From Phycisphaerae bacterium (GTDB taxonomy: Bacteria > Planctomycetota > Phycisphaerae > UBA1845): a stretch of 64,000 bases of DNA. Shown one piece after another: positions 36,292 to 46,400 of this stretch. Made by a program: the position numbers and the translations under genes. The number at the start of each line of letters is the position of its first letter. Positions within the stretch are counted from its first letter, which is position 1. The notes under the pieces were generated by a model. The model was given only the letters and a program-made list of their open reading frames with translations, did not search any database and was not told the DNA's origin. Location: positions 1,184,001 through 1,248,000 of the forward strand of contig CAXXGO010000006.1 of assembly GCA_963666835.2 (NCBI GenBank). Direction: 5' to 3'.

Positions 36292-38370
36292 ATGGCGTTG
36301 AATAGCGTGGCCAAGCAGTGGATTCCGCGGAACTTCGCCAAGCTTCAGGGCGGATTGCTGCCGGTCTGCGCGCTGTCGCTGATTCTGGTCATTCTGATTC
36401 CGCTGCCGACCTCCCTGATGGACCTGCTCCTGCTGATCAACATCTCGCTATCCGGGGTGATCCTGTTGACCGTAATGTACATGAACGGTCCTTTGGAGTT
36501 TTCCTCGTTTCCGTCGCTGCTCCTGGGAATGACCTTGCTGCGGTTGGTGCTCAATACTGCTACTACCCGGTTGATCCTCACCAAGGGTGATGCGGGCACG
36601 GTGATTTTCACGTTCGGAGATTTCGTGGCCCGAGGATCGCTCGCCGTCGCGGTGATTATTTTCGCGATCATTGTGATCATCCAGTTCGTGGTTATTACGA
36701 AAGGGGCGACGCGAATCGCGGAAGTGGCCGCTCGCTTCACGTTGGACGGCATGCCCGGTAAGCAGATGGCCATCGACGCGGATCTCAACGCCGGCGCCAT
36801 TACAGATGAAGAAGCTAAGCAGCGGCGGTCCGACATTTCGCGGGAGGCGGATTTCTACGGGGCTATGGATGGTGCCAGCAAGTTCGTACGCGGTGATGCG
36901 ATCGCCGGGATCATCATAACGCTTATCAACATCCTCGGGGGTATCTTCGTAGGTTTGGTCGAACTGGACCTGCCGCTCGCCGAGACCCTGCGTCGGTTCA
37001 CGATTCTAACGATCGGCGATGGATTGGTCTCGCAGATCCCCGCTTTCATCGTGTCGATCTCCGCCGCGATGATTGTGACGCGGTCCGCCGCGAAGCGGAA
37101 TCTGGGTGAGGAGATCCTGGGCCAACTGGTTAGCCAGCCGATTGCGCTGATTCTGACCGGAGGGTTCCTTTTGGTTCTGGCGTTGACCCCGTTGCCGAAA
37201 CCGCCGCTGTTGCTGTTGACAGCCTCGGCCGGGGTTATGGGCCTGGTCCTCACCAACCGGAAGAAGGTTGCCCTTGCGCAGAGTGTAGCCGCCAAGGCTA
37301 AGCCGACGGGACCTGAGCGGGTTGAGAAGCACTTAGCCCCCGACCCTATGGAACTGGATGTCGGTTACGGACTCATCAAACTGGTTGACCGCAAGCAGGG
37401 CGGAGACCTTCTCGATCGTATCGCCAATCTCCGGCGGCAGATTGCCCAGGAGCTCGGGATCGTAGTCCCGCCGATTCGCATTCGCGATGATATCCAACTA
37501 CAGCCGAACCAGTTCCGGGTCAAGGTCAAGGGACTGGAGTTTGGCACCGGAGAGGTCATGCCGGGGCACGTATTAGCGATCGATGCGGGGAGCGTTACGG
37601 AACCGATCAGCGGGATGGAGACCACCGAGCCGACGTTCGGTTTGCCGGCGTTGTGGATCCCCGAGGATCAGCGGCATGAGGCCGAGCACCGCAACTACAC
37701 CGTCGTAGAGCCATCAAGCGTTGTTAATACCTACCTGACCGAGCTGATTAAACGCCATGCGGATGAGTTGCTTACCAGAAGCGAGGTTAACCGCCTGCTG
37801 GACCACCTCCGCGAGCGTTCGAGTAAGCTGGTCGAGGAGACGGTTCCCGAGGTAGTCAAGCCGGGTGAACTGCAGCGTGTTCTGCAGAGTCTGCTCCGTG
37901 AGCGGGTGCCGATTCGGGATCTGGAGGCCATTCTGGAGGTGGTCGGAGACTGGGCGTCTCGTACGAAGGACACGGAGATCCTCACCGAGTACGCCCGCAA
38001 CGCCCTGGCCCGCACTCTGTGTCACCAGCACAAGGCGGATGACGGGAGGATTCATTGTATCACGCTGGATCCTTCGATTGAGGAACTTATCAGCAAAAGC
38101 CTGCAACGCTCGGAGCATGGGTCCGTCCTGGCCATGCCCGGGGAGCTGCAGACCAAGATCGTCAAGGCGATTCGCACGCGGGTGGAGAAGGTCAGTCCCC
38201 AGATGCGCGGGCGACCACCGGCGGTGTTGTGTCCGCCGCAGATCCGATCGTGGGTCCGCAAGATGATCGAGGTCCAGCTCCCGGCGGTTGCGGTACTGTC
38301 CTACAATGAAGTTGTTCGTGGATTCGAGGTCGAATCGCATGGAATGGTGGTTCTAACGGATGAAGCTTAA
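36292..38370 (+). CDS. flhA: Flagellar export protein FlhA
   Basis: FSSFPSLLL, ITKGATRIAEVAARFTLDGMPGKQMAIDADL, FYGAMDGASKFVRGDAIAG, ERVPIRD. Confidence 0.97.
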   Translation: MALNSVAKQWIPRNFAKLQGGLLPVCALSLILVILIPLPTSLMDLLLLINISLSGVILLTVMYMNGPLEFSSFPSLLLGMTLLRLVLNTATTRLILTKGDAGTVIFTFGDFVARGSLAVAVIIFAIIVIIQFVVITKGATRIAEVAARFTLDGMPGKQMAIDADLNAGAITDEEAKQRRSDISREADFYGAMDGASKFVRGDAIAGIIITLINILGGIFVGLVELDLPLAETLRRFTILTIGDGLVSQIPAFIVSISAAMIVTRSAAKRNLGEEILGQLVSQPIALILTGGFLLVLALTPLPKPPLLLLTASAGVMGLVLTNRKKVALAQSVAAKAKPTGPERVEKHLAPDPMELDVGYGLIKLVDRKQGGDLLDRIANLRRQIAQELGIVVPPIRIRDDIQLQPNQFRVKVKGLEFGTGEVMPGHVLAIDAGSVTEPISGMETTEPTFGLPALWIPEDQRHEAEHRNYTVVEPSSVVNTYLTELIKRHADELLTRSEVNRLLDHLRERSSKLVEETVPEVVKPGELQRVLQSLLRERVPIRDLEAILEVVGDWASRTKDTEILTEYARNALARTLCHQHKADDGRIHCITLDPSIEELISKSLQRSEHGSVLAMPGELQTKIVKAIRTRVEKVSPQMRGRPPAVLCPPQIRSWVRKMIEVQLPAVAVLSYNEVVRGFEVESHGMVVLTDEA

Positions 38371-39616
38371 GACGTTTCGTGGAAGAACGATGGCCGAGAC
38401 GCTCGGCCAGGTGAAACGCCAGTTCGGAAGTGGCGCGGTCATACTGAACACCCGTACCCTTACGAAGGGAGGCCTCCTGGGGATCGGGGGTAAATCCTAC
38501 GTCGAGATAACGGCAGTGCGCGAAATGGCGGATTTGCCGATCCCATTGCGGCGCGGTACCCTAAAGGGCCGGTCGGGGGAAACCGGTCGAGCAGATGGAG
38601 CTGCCAAAACCGTGTCGCCTGCGCCTGCTGCCGTGTCTTCGTCACCGTCGGACGACGTTCTCGCCGAGGTGCGAGATCTGAAAGCCGCGGTCGCCAGCCT
38701 GATCGGGGAGACCCGCAGAGCCCAAGCTCCCGACATCCCCGAGGCACTGTACGGTACCTATCAGCGGTTGGTGGAGAACGAAGTCGCCGAGCAACTTGCC
38801 CGCCAATTAGTGGCCCGGGTATACGATGAACTCACTCCGGATCAGTTGCGCAGCGCCCGCGCCGTCCGCAATAAGCTGGCGGCGCTGTTGGAGTCGTTTC
38901 TGCCCGTAGCCGGGCCGATCCGCTGCCCTCGGAGCGATCGGCCTGCCATGATTGCGCTGATTGGGCCCACCGGCGTGGGAAAGACCACCACGATTGCGAA
39001 GCTCGCCGCGAGTTTCTGTCTGCGCGAGCATCGCAAAGTTGGTTTGATCACGGTGGATACCTATCGGATTGCGGCCGTCGAACAGCTTAAGACCTATGCG
39101 GAGATCATCGACGTGCCGCTGGAGGTGGCGGATACGCCCGCGCGGTTCGGAGAGGCAGTAACCCGCTTGGCGGACCGCGAGGTCATTCTGATGGACACGG
39201 CCGGGCGCAGCCAGCGCGATGAAGGCAAAATGGCGGAGCTACGGGAGTTCTTCTCAGTAGCCAAGCCGGACGAGGTGCATCTGGTGCTCTCCAGCGCGTG
39301 CGGGGAGGCCGTGCTGGCCGATACCGTTGAACGGTTTCGCGAGTTTGGGATCGACCGCGTCATACTGACGAAACTTGATGAGGCGATCGGGTTCGGGGTC
39401 ATCCTGACCTGCCTGGAGAAGGCCAACGCGGGGCTGTCCTATGTGACTACCGGGCAGGACGTGCCCGACGACATAGAAGTCGGCGAGACCAGCGCTCTCG
39501 TCGATCTGATTCTCCGAGATCGAGCTTCTTCAGACCAGGTCGTGTGGACGCCTGCGCGGGCCGGTGCCACGACTGCGTCGGGGCGGAGCCTACTGGCCGG
39601 CGGAGCTGCCGGATGA
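38360..39616 (+). CDS. flhF: Flagellar SRP-type GTPase FlhF
   Basis: MKLKTF...M.E.L..VK...G..AVIL.TR, GPTGVGKTTTIAKLAA, DTYRIAA, DTAGRS, TKLDE, GQDVPDD. Confidence 0.95.
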   Translation: MKLKTFRGRTMAETLGQVKRQFGSGAVILNTRTLTKGGLLGIGGKSYVEITAVREMADLPIPLRRGTLKGRSGETGRADGAAKTVSPAPAAVSSSPSDDVLAEVRDLKAAVASLIGETRRAQAPDIPEALYGTYQRLVENEVAEQLARQLVARVYDELTPDQLRSARAVRNKLAALLESFLPVAGPIRCPRSDRPAMIALIGPTGVGKTTTIAKLAASFCLREHRKVGLITVDTYRIAAVEQLKTYAEIIDVPLEVADTPARFGEAVTRLADREVILMDTAGRSQRDEGKMAELREFFSVAKPDEVHLVLSSACGEAVLADTVERFREFGIDRVILTKLDEAIGFGVILTCLEKANAGLSYVTTGQDVPDDIEVGETSALVDLILRDRASSDQVVWTPARAGATTASGRSLLAGGAAG

Positions 39617-39652
39617 TCGCTCGAGTGGTTGATTGGTGGATAGGTTGCTAGT

Positions 39653-40522
39653 ATGGCTCACACCGGGATCCATCGTCGGGATCAGGCCGCGAGACTCCGG
39701 GAGTTGACCCGCGGGCGGTCCCGGGGCACCGCGATGACCATGGCGGTTACCAGCGGTAAGGGCGGGGTCGGCAAGTCCAACGTGGCCGTGAACCTCTCAA
39801 TCTGCCTGGCGGCACGCGGTCACCGAGTTACGTTGGTCGATGTGGATATGGGCCTCGCCAATGCTGATTTGCTGATGAATTTGCAGACGCGCTACAATCT
39901 TTCGCATGTTGTGTCGGGTTTGCGTGACATTGAGGGGGTTTGCACGGCCGGTCCCGGCGGGGTGCGGTTCGTACCTGGGTCTTCGGGTTTGGACGACTTG
40001 GCCAACCTCTCCGATTTTGAGCGGCGTAACTTGATCGGGCAGCTCCAAGAGCTGGAAAACAGCACTGATATCATGGTTTTGGATTGCGGGGCGGGGATCT
40101 CACGGAACGTGATGGGTTTCGCCCTGGCGGCCGATCGGGTGGCGGTGGTAACTACCTCTGAGCCTACTGCGCTGACTGACGCGTACGTGACGATCAAGTC
40201 GCTGCACCGAGCGGAGTGCCGGGCCGGCGTCGGTTTGTTCGTCAACATGGCCAACAGTCGGGACGAGGCCGTAGCGGTCTATCGACGGCTTTCGGGAGTT
40301 GCATCCAGATTTCTTGATATTTCCATTGCGGACTTCGGATATATGTTGCAAGATACTGCGGTTGAGCTGGCGGTTCAGGAGCGATGCCCGTTTGTTGTTC
40401 GGTATCCGTCCTCGAATGCCAGCGCTTGTATCGCTGCGATGGCGGATAGGCTGGTCAAGAACGACTCGGCCCATACCCGCCGCGGCGGTTTCTTCAAACG
40501 CGTGGTCGGCCTGTTTGCGTAG
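39653..40522 (+). CDS. flhG: MinD-like flagellar number regulator FlhG/FleN
   Basis: DQAARLR, VTSGKGGVGKSN, DVDMGLAN, DCGAG, EPTALTDAY, C-terminal amphipathic GFFKRVVGLF. Confidence 0.93.
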   Translation: MAHTGIHRRDQAARLRELTRGRSRGTAMTMAVTSGKGGVGKSNVAVNLSICLAARGHRVTLVDVDMGLANADLLMNLQTRYNLSHVVSGLRDIEGVCTAGPGGVRFVPGSSGLDDLANLSDFERRNLIGQLQELENSTDIMVLDCGAGISRNVMGFALAADRVAVVTTSEPTALTDAYVTIKSLHRAECRAGVGLFVNMANSRDEAVAVYRRLSGVASRFLDISIADFGYMLQDTAVELAVQERCPFVVRYPSSNASACIAAMADRLVKNDSAHTRRGGFFKRVVGLFA

Positions 40523-40689
40523 GATAAACCGAGTAGCCGGCGACGCGTGGTAATAGGGATCAGCATGGATGCCGGTCCTTAGCCTGCTCGGTTTGGCAAT
40601 GGCCGCGGATGGATCCGTCGCACGTCCATCCTTGTTCATTCCAGAATGACAACCGGTAGGCCTGTTGTTGCGACACGGATGTTGCGCTG

Positions 40690-40998
40690 ATGGTTTCCCG
40701 TTTCGCCGGGGCCAGTTTGGGTTTGTTGGCCTTCGCCATTACGGCAATAGCCGGGTTGTTGGTGCATAACCCGGTCATGGTCGTCCTTTCGCGCAGTATC
40801 CTCGCTTTGGTGGTGTTTTGTGGTATTGGGCTCGTTCTGGGCGCGGCAGCGCAGATCGTGATCAACGAGCATGAGCGGAGTCGAGAGGAAGAGATCCTCA
40901 AGCGGTTCCGCGAAGAACCCAACGAGGCTGATGAGGTTAAGGTCGTTGAGCCGGTCGAGGAGGTTTCCGGGACGGAGAGCACGCCGTCGGCGGCCTGA
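40690..40998 (+). CDS. Small two-TM membrane protein between flhG and fliA
   Basis: Two hydrophobic helices followed by an acidic tail. Co-oriented within the flagellar cluster. Confidence 0.7.
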   Translation: MVSRFAGASLGLLAFAITAIAGLLVHNPVMVVLSRSILALVVFCGIGLVLGAAAQIVINEHERSREEEILKRFREEPNEADEVKVVEPVEEVSGTESTPSAA

Positions 40999-41099
40999 GG
41001 CTCTCTGGGGAACGTTTTGTCTCGGCAGTCAAGGCTTACGTTTAGTGGCGGGCGACAGCTCGTGGGACGGATCTCGCGAACGCATTAGGAGTATGGTTC

Positions 41100-41879
41100 A
41101 TGCAGGTAGCCGTAGCGAAAACGGATGTTGCTGAAACCTGGGGGCGTTTCAAAGCCACCGGGGAGCGGTCGTTACGCAACCTACTCATGGAGAAGTACTT
41201 CCCGATTGTGAAGTACAACGCCGAACGCATCGGGGCCAAGCTCCCGGATGAAGTCGACCGCGACGATCTGGTGTCGGCGGGAGTATTCGGTTTGATAGAT
41301 GCGATTCAGGCCTTCGATCTTGAGCGTGGAGTCAAGTTCGAGACCTACTGCGCGCCGCGTATCCGCGGAGCGATTCTCGATGAACTTCGAAGCATGGATT
41401 GGGTGCCGCGGCTTGTGCGCAGCAGAGCCCACCTACTGGAGCGAGTTTCCCGGGAATTGGAGTCGATGCTCGGACGTCCGCCCACGGAATCAGAGACGGC
41501 CGACCGGATGGGGATCTCCCGGGAGGAGTTCGAGAAGCTGTCGCGGGATGCGACGGCTGTCACGCAGGTGTCATTATCGCGGAAGTACAGCGAGACTGAC
41601 TCGAACAAGGAAGTCTGTGAAATTGACGTGATTCAGGATCGCCGAGGAAAGGACCCGGTTGCCGAGATTCAAAAACGCGACGTTAAGGAATTACTTACCC
41701 GCGGGTTGTCGCGCGCCGAACGCCTGATTCTGATTCTCTATTATTATGAGGAGATGACGATGAAGGAAATCGGCGTTACGCTCGATCTCTCGGAGAGCCG
41801 CGTCTCGCAGATGCACTCGTCCATCCTGGACCGCCTCAAGACCGTACTTAGAAAACGCTGCAAGGAGCTGATCCGCTAA
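41100..41879 (+). CDS. fliA: RNA polymerase sigma factor FliA/WhiG (sigma-28)
   Basis: DDLVSAGVFGLIDA, FETYC..RIRGAILDELR..DWVPR, YYYEEMTMKEIG..L.LSESRVSQMH. Confidence 0.96.
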   Translation: MQVAVAKTDVAETWGRFKATGERSLRNLLMEKYFPIVKYNAERIGAKLPDEVDRDDLVSAGVFGLIDAIQAFDLERGVKFETYCAPRIRGAILDELRSMDWVPRLVRSRAHLLERVSRELESMLGRPPTESETADRMGISREEFEKLSRDATAVTQVSLSRKYSETDSNKEVCEIDVIQDRRGKDPVAEIQKRDVKELLTRGLSRAERLILILYYYEEMTMKEIGVTLDLSESRVSQMHSSILDRLKTVLRKRCKELIR

Positions 41880-41925
41880 TCGGCGCGGTGGGAATCCGGG
41901 TGCGGTACCGTTACGGAGACGTATC

Positions 41926-42246
41926 ATGGCAGAAATCCCATCCGAGATCGCCTCTTCGTCTGCCCAAACCGGATTCCAAGCTCGGGAAGTCGGGATCGGA
42001 CGTGCCGGCCGATTGGCTGCTCAGGCCAGCGCCGCCAACCGCGAGATCAAGTCCATCGATGAATCGGGGACGACGGTCGATACCGATGACGCCGAAACGC
42101 AAGTCTACGCCGATGCCGAGGGTACCGGCAGCCAAGGTCGACCCTTCGAAGAAGAGCAGGGCGAGGAAGGGGAAAGCCCGGCAGAGGCGGACCGCGGAGT
42201 GACCACCGACGACGATGGTCGCCTTCATCTCGACCTGGAAGCCTGA
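41926..42246 (+). CDS. Small acidic hypothetical protein downstream of fliA
   Basis: RBS GGAG, acidic composition, ends HLDLEA. Confidence 0.7.
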   Translation: MAEIPSEIASSSAQTGFQAREVGIGRAGRLAAQASAANREIKSIDESGTTVDTDDAETQVYADAEGTGSQGRPFEEEQGEEGESPAEADRGVTTDDDGRLHLDLEA

Positions 42247-42301
42247 TCGTCTCAGAACCCGGAGTTTCTTGTGCTCCGGGCTCCAGTGTAGAATGTCCGG
42301 C

Positions 42302-43132
42302 ATGGATTTCACGAAGATGCACGGGCTGGGCAACGACTATGTATTCGTCGACATGCGCACCGAGCGGATCGACGACCCGGCGACGCTGGCGCGCGCGCTG
42401 TCGCCGCGGCATACCGGAGTAGGCAGTGACGGCCTCATCTTGATGTTCCCCACCGCGTCGGCGGATGTTCGCATGGAGATCTACAACGCCGACGGGTCGC
42501 GCGCCGAGATGTGCGGCAACGGCATAAGGGGCGTGGCCAAGTTCGTGGTGGAACGCGGCTGGGTCGGCGGACCGGAAGTGCGAATCGAGACGGACGCCGG
42601 GCTCAAACTCGCCTGCTGCGAATCGGTTGGCGGCGTCGTGCGCTCGGTGAGGGTCGACATGGGCTTGCCGTCGCTCTCTTCGGCGGCGATTCCAGCCAAT
42701 ATCGATACCCCCGAGGTTGTAGATTCTATCCTCGACGTCACCGACCCGGCATATCGCGTGACCTGTGTGTCTGTCGGCAACCCCCACGCGGTCGCGTTCG
42801 TTGATGACCTTGAAACGGTCGACCTGGCCGGCGCCGGGCGGGCGATCGAGTACGCTCCTCAGTTTCCTCAGCGGATCAACGTGCATTTTGCCAGGGTGGA
42901 GTCAAGAGGCAGCGTAGCGGTAAGAACCTGGGAGCGCGGCAGCGGGGTGACGCGGGCGTGCGGAACCGGAGCGTGCGCCGTCTGCGTGGCCGGAGTTGTG
43001 ACCGACCGTGTGGATCGGCTTTGCACCGTAGCGCTTCCCGGAGGAGACCTGCAAATCGAATGGGCGCGCGACGACCATCTGTACATGACGGGTCCGGTCG
43101 TCGAGGTGTTCAACGGCTCCTGGCCGGACTAG
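42302..43132 (+). CDS. dapF: Diaminopimelate epimerase
   Basis: FTKMHGLGNDY, NADGSRAEMCGNG, GNPHAV, ERGSG.T.ACGTGACA. Confidence 0.96.
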   Translation: MDFTKMHGLGNDYVFVDMRTERIDDPATLARALSPRHTGVGSDGLILMFPTASADVRMEIYNADGSRAEMCGNGIRGVAKFVVERGWVGGPEVRIETDAGLKLACCESVGGVVRSVRVDMGLPSLSSAAIPANIDTPEVVDSILDVTDPAYRVTCVSVGNPHAVAFVDDLETVDLAGAGRAIEYAPQFPQRINVHFARVESRGSVAVRTWERGSGVTRACGTGACAVCVAGVVTDRVDRLCTVALPGGDLQIEWARDDHLYMTGPVVEVFNGSWPD

Positions 43133-43425
43133 ACATCTGAGACGCTCCCCGGACCTTTCGTATCGTAGCGTGCGAGTTTTACCGGACCTTCGTCGCCCGA
43201 CCACGGCGTGTGGATCGTCCTGTTCACCCGTATCTCCCGCCAGGGGTACTGCCCCGTTCCGATTTCTATTTTTGCGGGCGTGGCGCGTACGAGCGAAACG
43301 CGCTTCGGATGATGAGGCGCCGCGACGGTGCCAACGCTCGGGGCGCACGAGAACAACCGAGTTACGACGTCGGCAGGGTTACGAGCAGTGTCGGCGGGTA
43401 GGGGATTGGAAAGGAGCTATGTCAG

Positions 43426-46400
43426 ATGTCAAATCGAAGATTCAACCTGTGCACGGCCGGTCGCCCGAGGGCGGTGTCGGCGATCGTTACCGCCGTGCTG
43501 TTGGCCGTGCTGTCGGCGACGGCGGCAAGGGCCGGGACAGATGCGACGTGGGTAGGGCCCTATGGCGGAAACTGGTCTGTTGCGGAGAACTGGGATCCTG
43601 CGGTTGTTCCCAACGGCGCCGGGTACGACGTTTTGATCGACACGGACAGCGGTGTGGCGTCGTCGGTCCTGCTGAACGGGACTTATACCGTCGGCACATT
43701 GACTATCGATGCGGGAGACCAGCTAACCATAAGCAACAACCACAACCTGTACCCCACAGGAAACGTCTTCAACAACGGGTTGCTGGCAATCGAGGCGACC
43801 CTCAGCGCCACGTACTTACGCATTGCCGGGGTGGCCGTCACATTTGATGGTAGCGGCGCGTTGGTCATGAGCGACAGCTCTCGGAACAGGATCTCCGCGA
43901 ACGACTGGACTTACCGGCTGACCAACACTGGAAGCCACACGATCCGTGGGGCCGGTGATGTGGGCGGCAACAACATGGTGCTCACCAACAACAGCCTGAT
44001 TCAGGCTGACCAGCTCACGCCACTGGTAATCAACTTGGCCGGAAACGCCGAGCATCAGAACTACAACACAGGTACGATGCAGGCGATTAGCGGAGGCACG
44101 CTGTCGTTGTCGGGGTCGCCCATTGACAATACGGCGGGGGTAATCCAGGCCCTTGATGGGTCGGCGGTGACCTTGTCCGGGAACTCGCATATCTACAATG
44201 GCACGCTGGCGACTCAAGGGACGGGGCAAATCCGCGTGACCGGAGATTCATGGATCGAGAGTCTCTCCAACACGGGTGATCTGTCTGTTGAGAACAACGC
44301 CAATTGCTACGTTCGGGGAATGATTGACAATCCCGGGACGGTATCCGTGAACGCTACGACGAGCAATACGTATCTCCGACTAGACCAAGCGGAGGCCGGC
44401 TTCACCGGCACCGGCGAAATCGTGCTCGGAGACTCCGGCCGTAACATGATCCACGCGAACGACTGGACCTACCGGTTTACCAATACGGGTGGACACACGA
44501 TCCGCGGCGGCGGTAACATCGGCGGAAACAATATGTTGCTCACCAACGCGGCCACTATTCAAGCGGACTGTGCCGGTGTGACGATGTCTGTGGATACCGG
44601 CGGCAGTAGTTATGAGAGCTGCAACACTGGTATCATGAAGGCGACCGGCGGCGGCATCCTGTCGATCAGCGGTTCCACCCTCGACAACACTGGAGGAACG
44701 ATCGAAGCGCAGAACGAATCCTACGTGGATCTGACCCAGGGTACCCACGTGCGTAACGGGACATTGTCCACCGAGGGGACCGGCCTGATTCGTGTTTCTG
44801 CGAACAGCAATGCCTACCTGGACAGTGTTACAAACACAGGCCGCGTCTCCGTGCTTAATAACGCCGATCTCTATGTCCGTGGGGCAATTACAAACGACGG
44901 GACGATCGGCGTGGACTCCCCGGGTAGCAACGCTACCGACATTCGTCTTGATCAGTCTGCGGCGACGCTGACCGGTGACGGCGAGGTCGTGTTGGCGGAC
45001 CACGCGAATAATCGGATTAGTGCGGATGATTGGAGGTACCGGCTCACGAACGCCGGCAATCATACGATTCGCGGTGGCGGCAGCCTCGGACTAAACAACA
45101 TGCTGCTCACCAACGAGTCGCTCATTCAAGCGGATGGGTCGGACGTTACGATGACCGTGGACTTGCCCGGCAATGCGGAAAACGAGAACTTCAACACGGG
45201 TGTTATGCAGGCCGCCGCAGGCGCCGTTTTGAGCTTGTACGCTACGCCAATCAACAACGACTCCGGTGAGATTCGAGCTCTTGATGGATCCTTTGTCAGT
45301 CTGTCCGGCGGGACGCACATATACAACGGAGAACTCGACACAGAGGGTAGCGGCCTGATCCGCGCTTCGGGCGGAAATGCGGCCTGTATCGAGGGCGTGA
45401 CCAGCAACGGGCACATCTCCTTGCTCAATGGCTCCGACTTATATATCCGTGGCACCCTGACGAACAACGGAACGATTGGTGTGGATTCATCCGGTTCAAA
45501 CGCTACGAACTTGCTACTCGACCAAGCGGAGGCGACGCTCACCGGTGATGGTGAGGTCGTCCTGGCGAGTCGCGCCAACAATCGAATCTACGCAAACGAT
45601 TGGACGTACCGGCTTATCAATACCGGCAATCATGCGATTCGCGGCGGCGGCAGCTTCGGACTCAACAACATGCTCCTAACCAACGAATCGCTCATCGAAG
45701 CAGATCAAGCGGGTGTGACGATGTCGCTGGACGTGGCAAACGGCGGGGAGAGCTTGAACACGGGCGTCGTGCAGGCAACCGGAGGTGGAGTTCTGGCCCT
45801 GAGCGGCTCGCCAATCAACAACGATACGGGCGAGATCAAAGCTCTTGACGGGTCCTTTGTTGATCTGTCCGGGGGGACGCACATCTACAACGGTGAGCTT
45901 GATACGGAGGGCAGCGGTCTGATTCGTGTTCCGAACGGACAGACTGCCTACATAGAGAATCTGACCAGCAGCGGGCACATCTCCGTGCTCAATAACGCCA
46001 ACTTCTATCTTCGTGGCGTTGTCACAAACAATGGCACGATTGGTGTGGATTCATCCGGTTCAAACGCTACGAACTTGCTACTCGACCAAGCGGAGGCGAC
46101 GCTCACCGGTGATGGTGAGGTCGTCCTGGCGAGTCGCGCCAACAATCGAATCTACGCAAGCGATTGGACGTACCGGCTTATCAATACCGGCAATCATGCG
46201 ATTCGCGGCGGCGGCAGCTTCGGACTCAACAGCATGCTCCTCACCAACGAGTCGCTCATCGAAGCAGATCAGCCGGGCGTGACGATGGCGATAGATATGG
46301 CAAACGGCGGAGAGAGTTTCAACGGTGGAGTCATGCAGGCCACTGGGGGCGGGACGCTGTACTTGTATGCGTCGCCGATCGACAACGAGTCTGGTGAAAT

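Noticed and set aside
18785..38370. Non-flagellar (injectisome) type III secretion system
   Set aside because: Rod, hook, stator, FlhF/FlhG and FliA genes show it is flagellar.
43285..43325. Hammerhead-like ribozyme (GAAAC ... TGATGAG) upstream of the adhesin gene
   Set aside because: The core is ATGATGA rather than CTGATGA, and the required three-stem topology could not be built.
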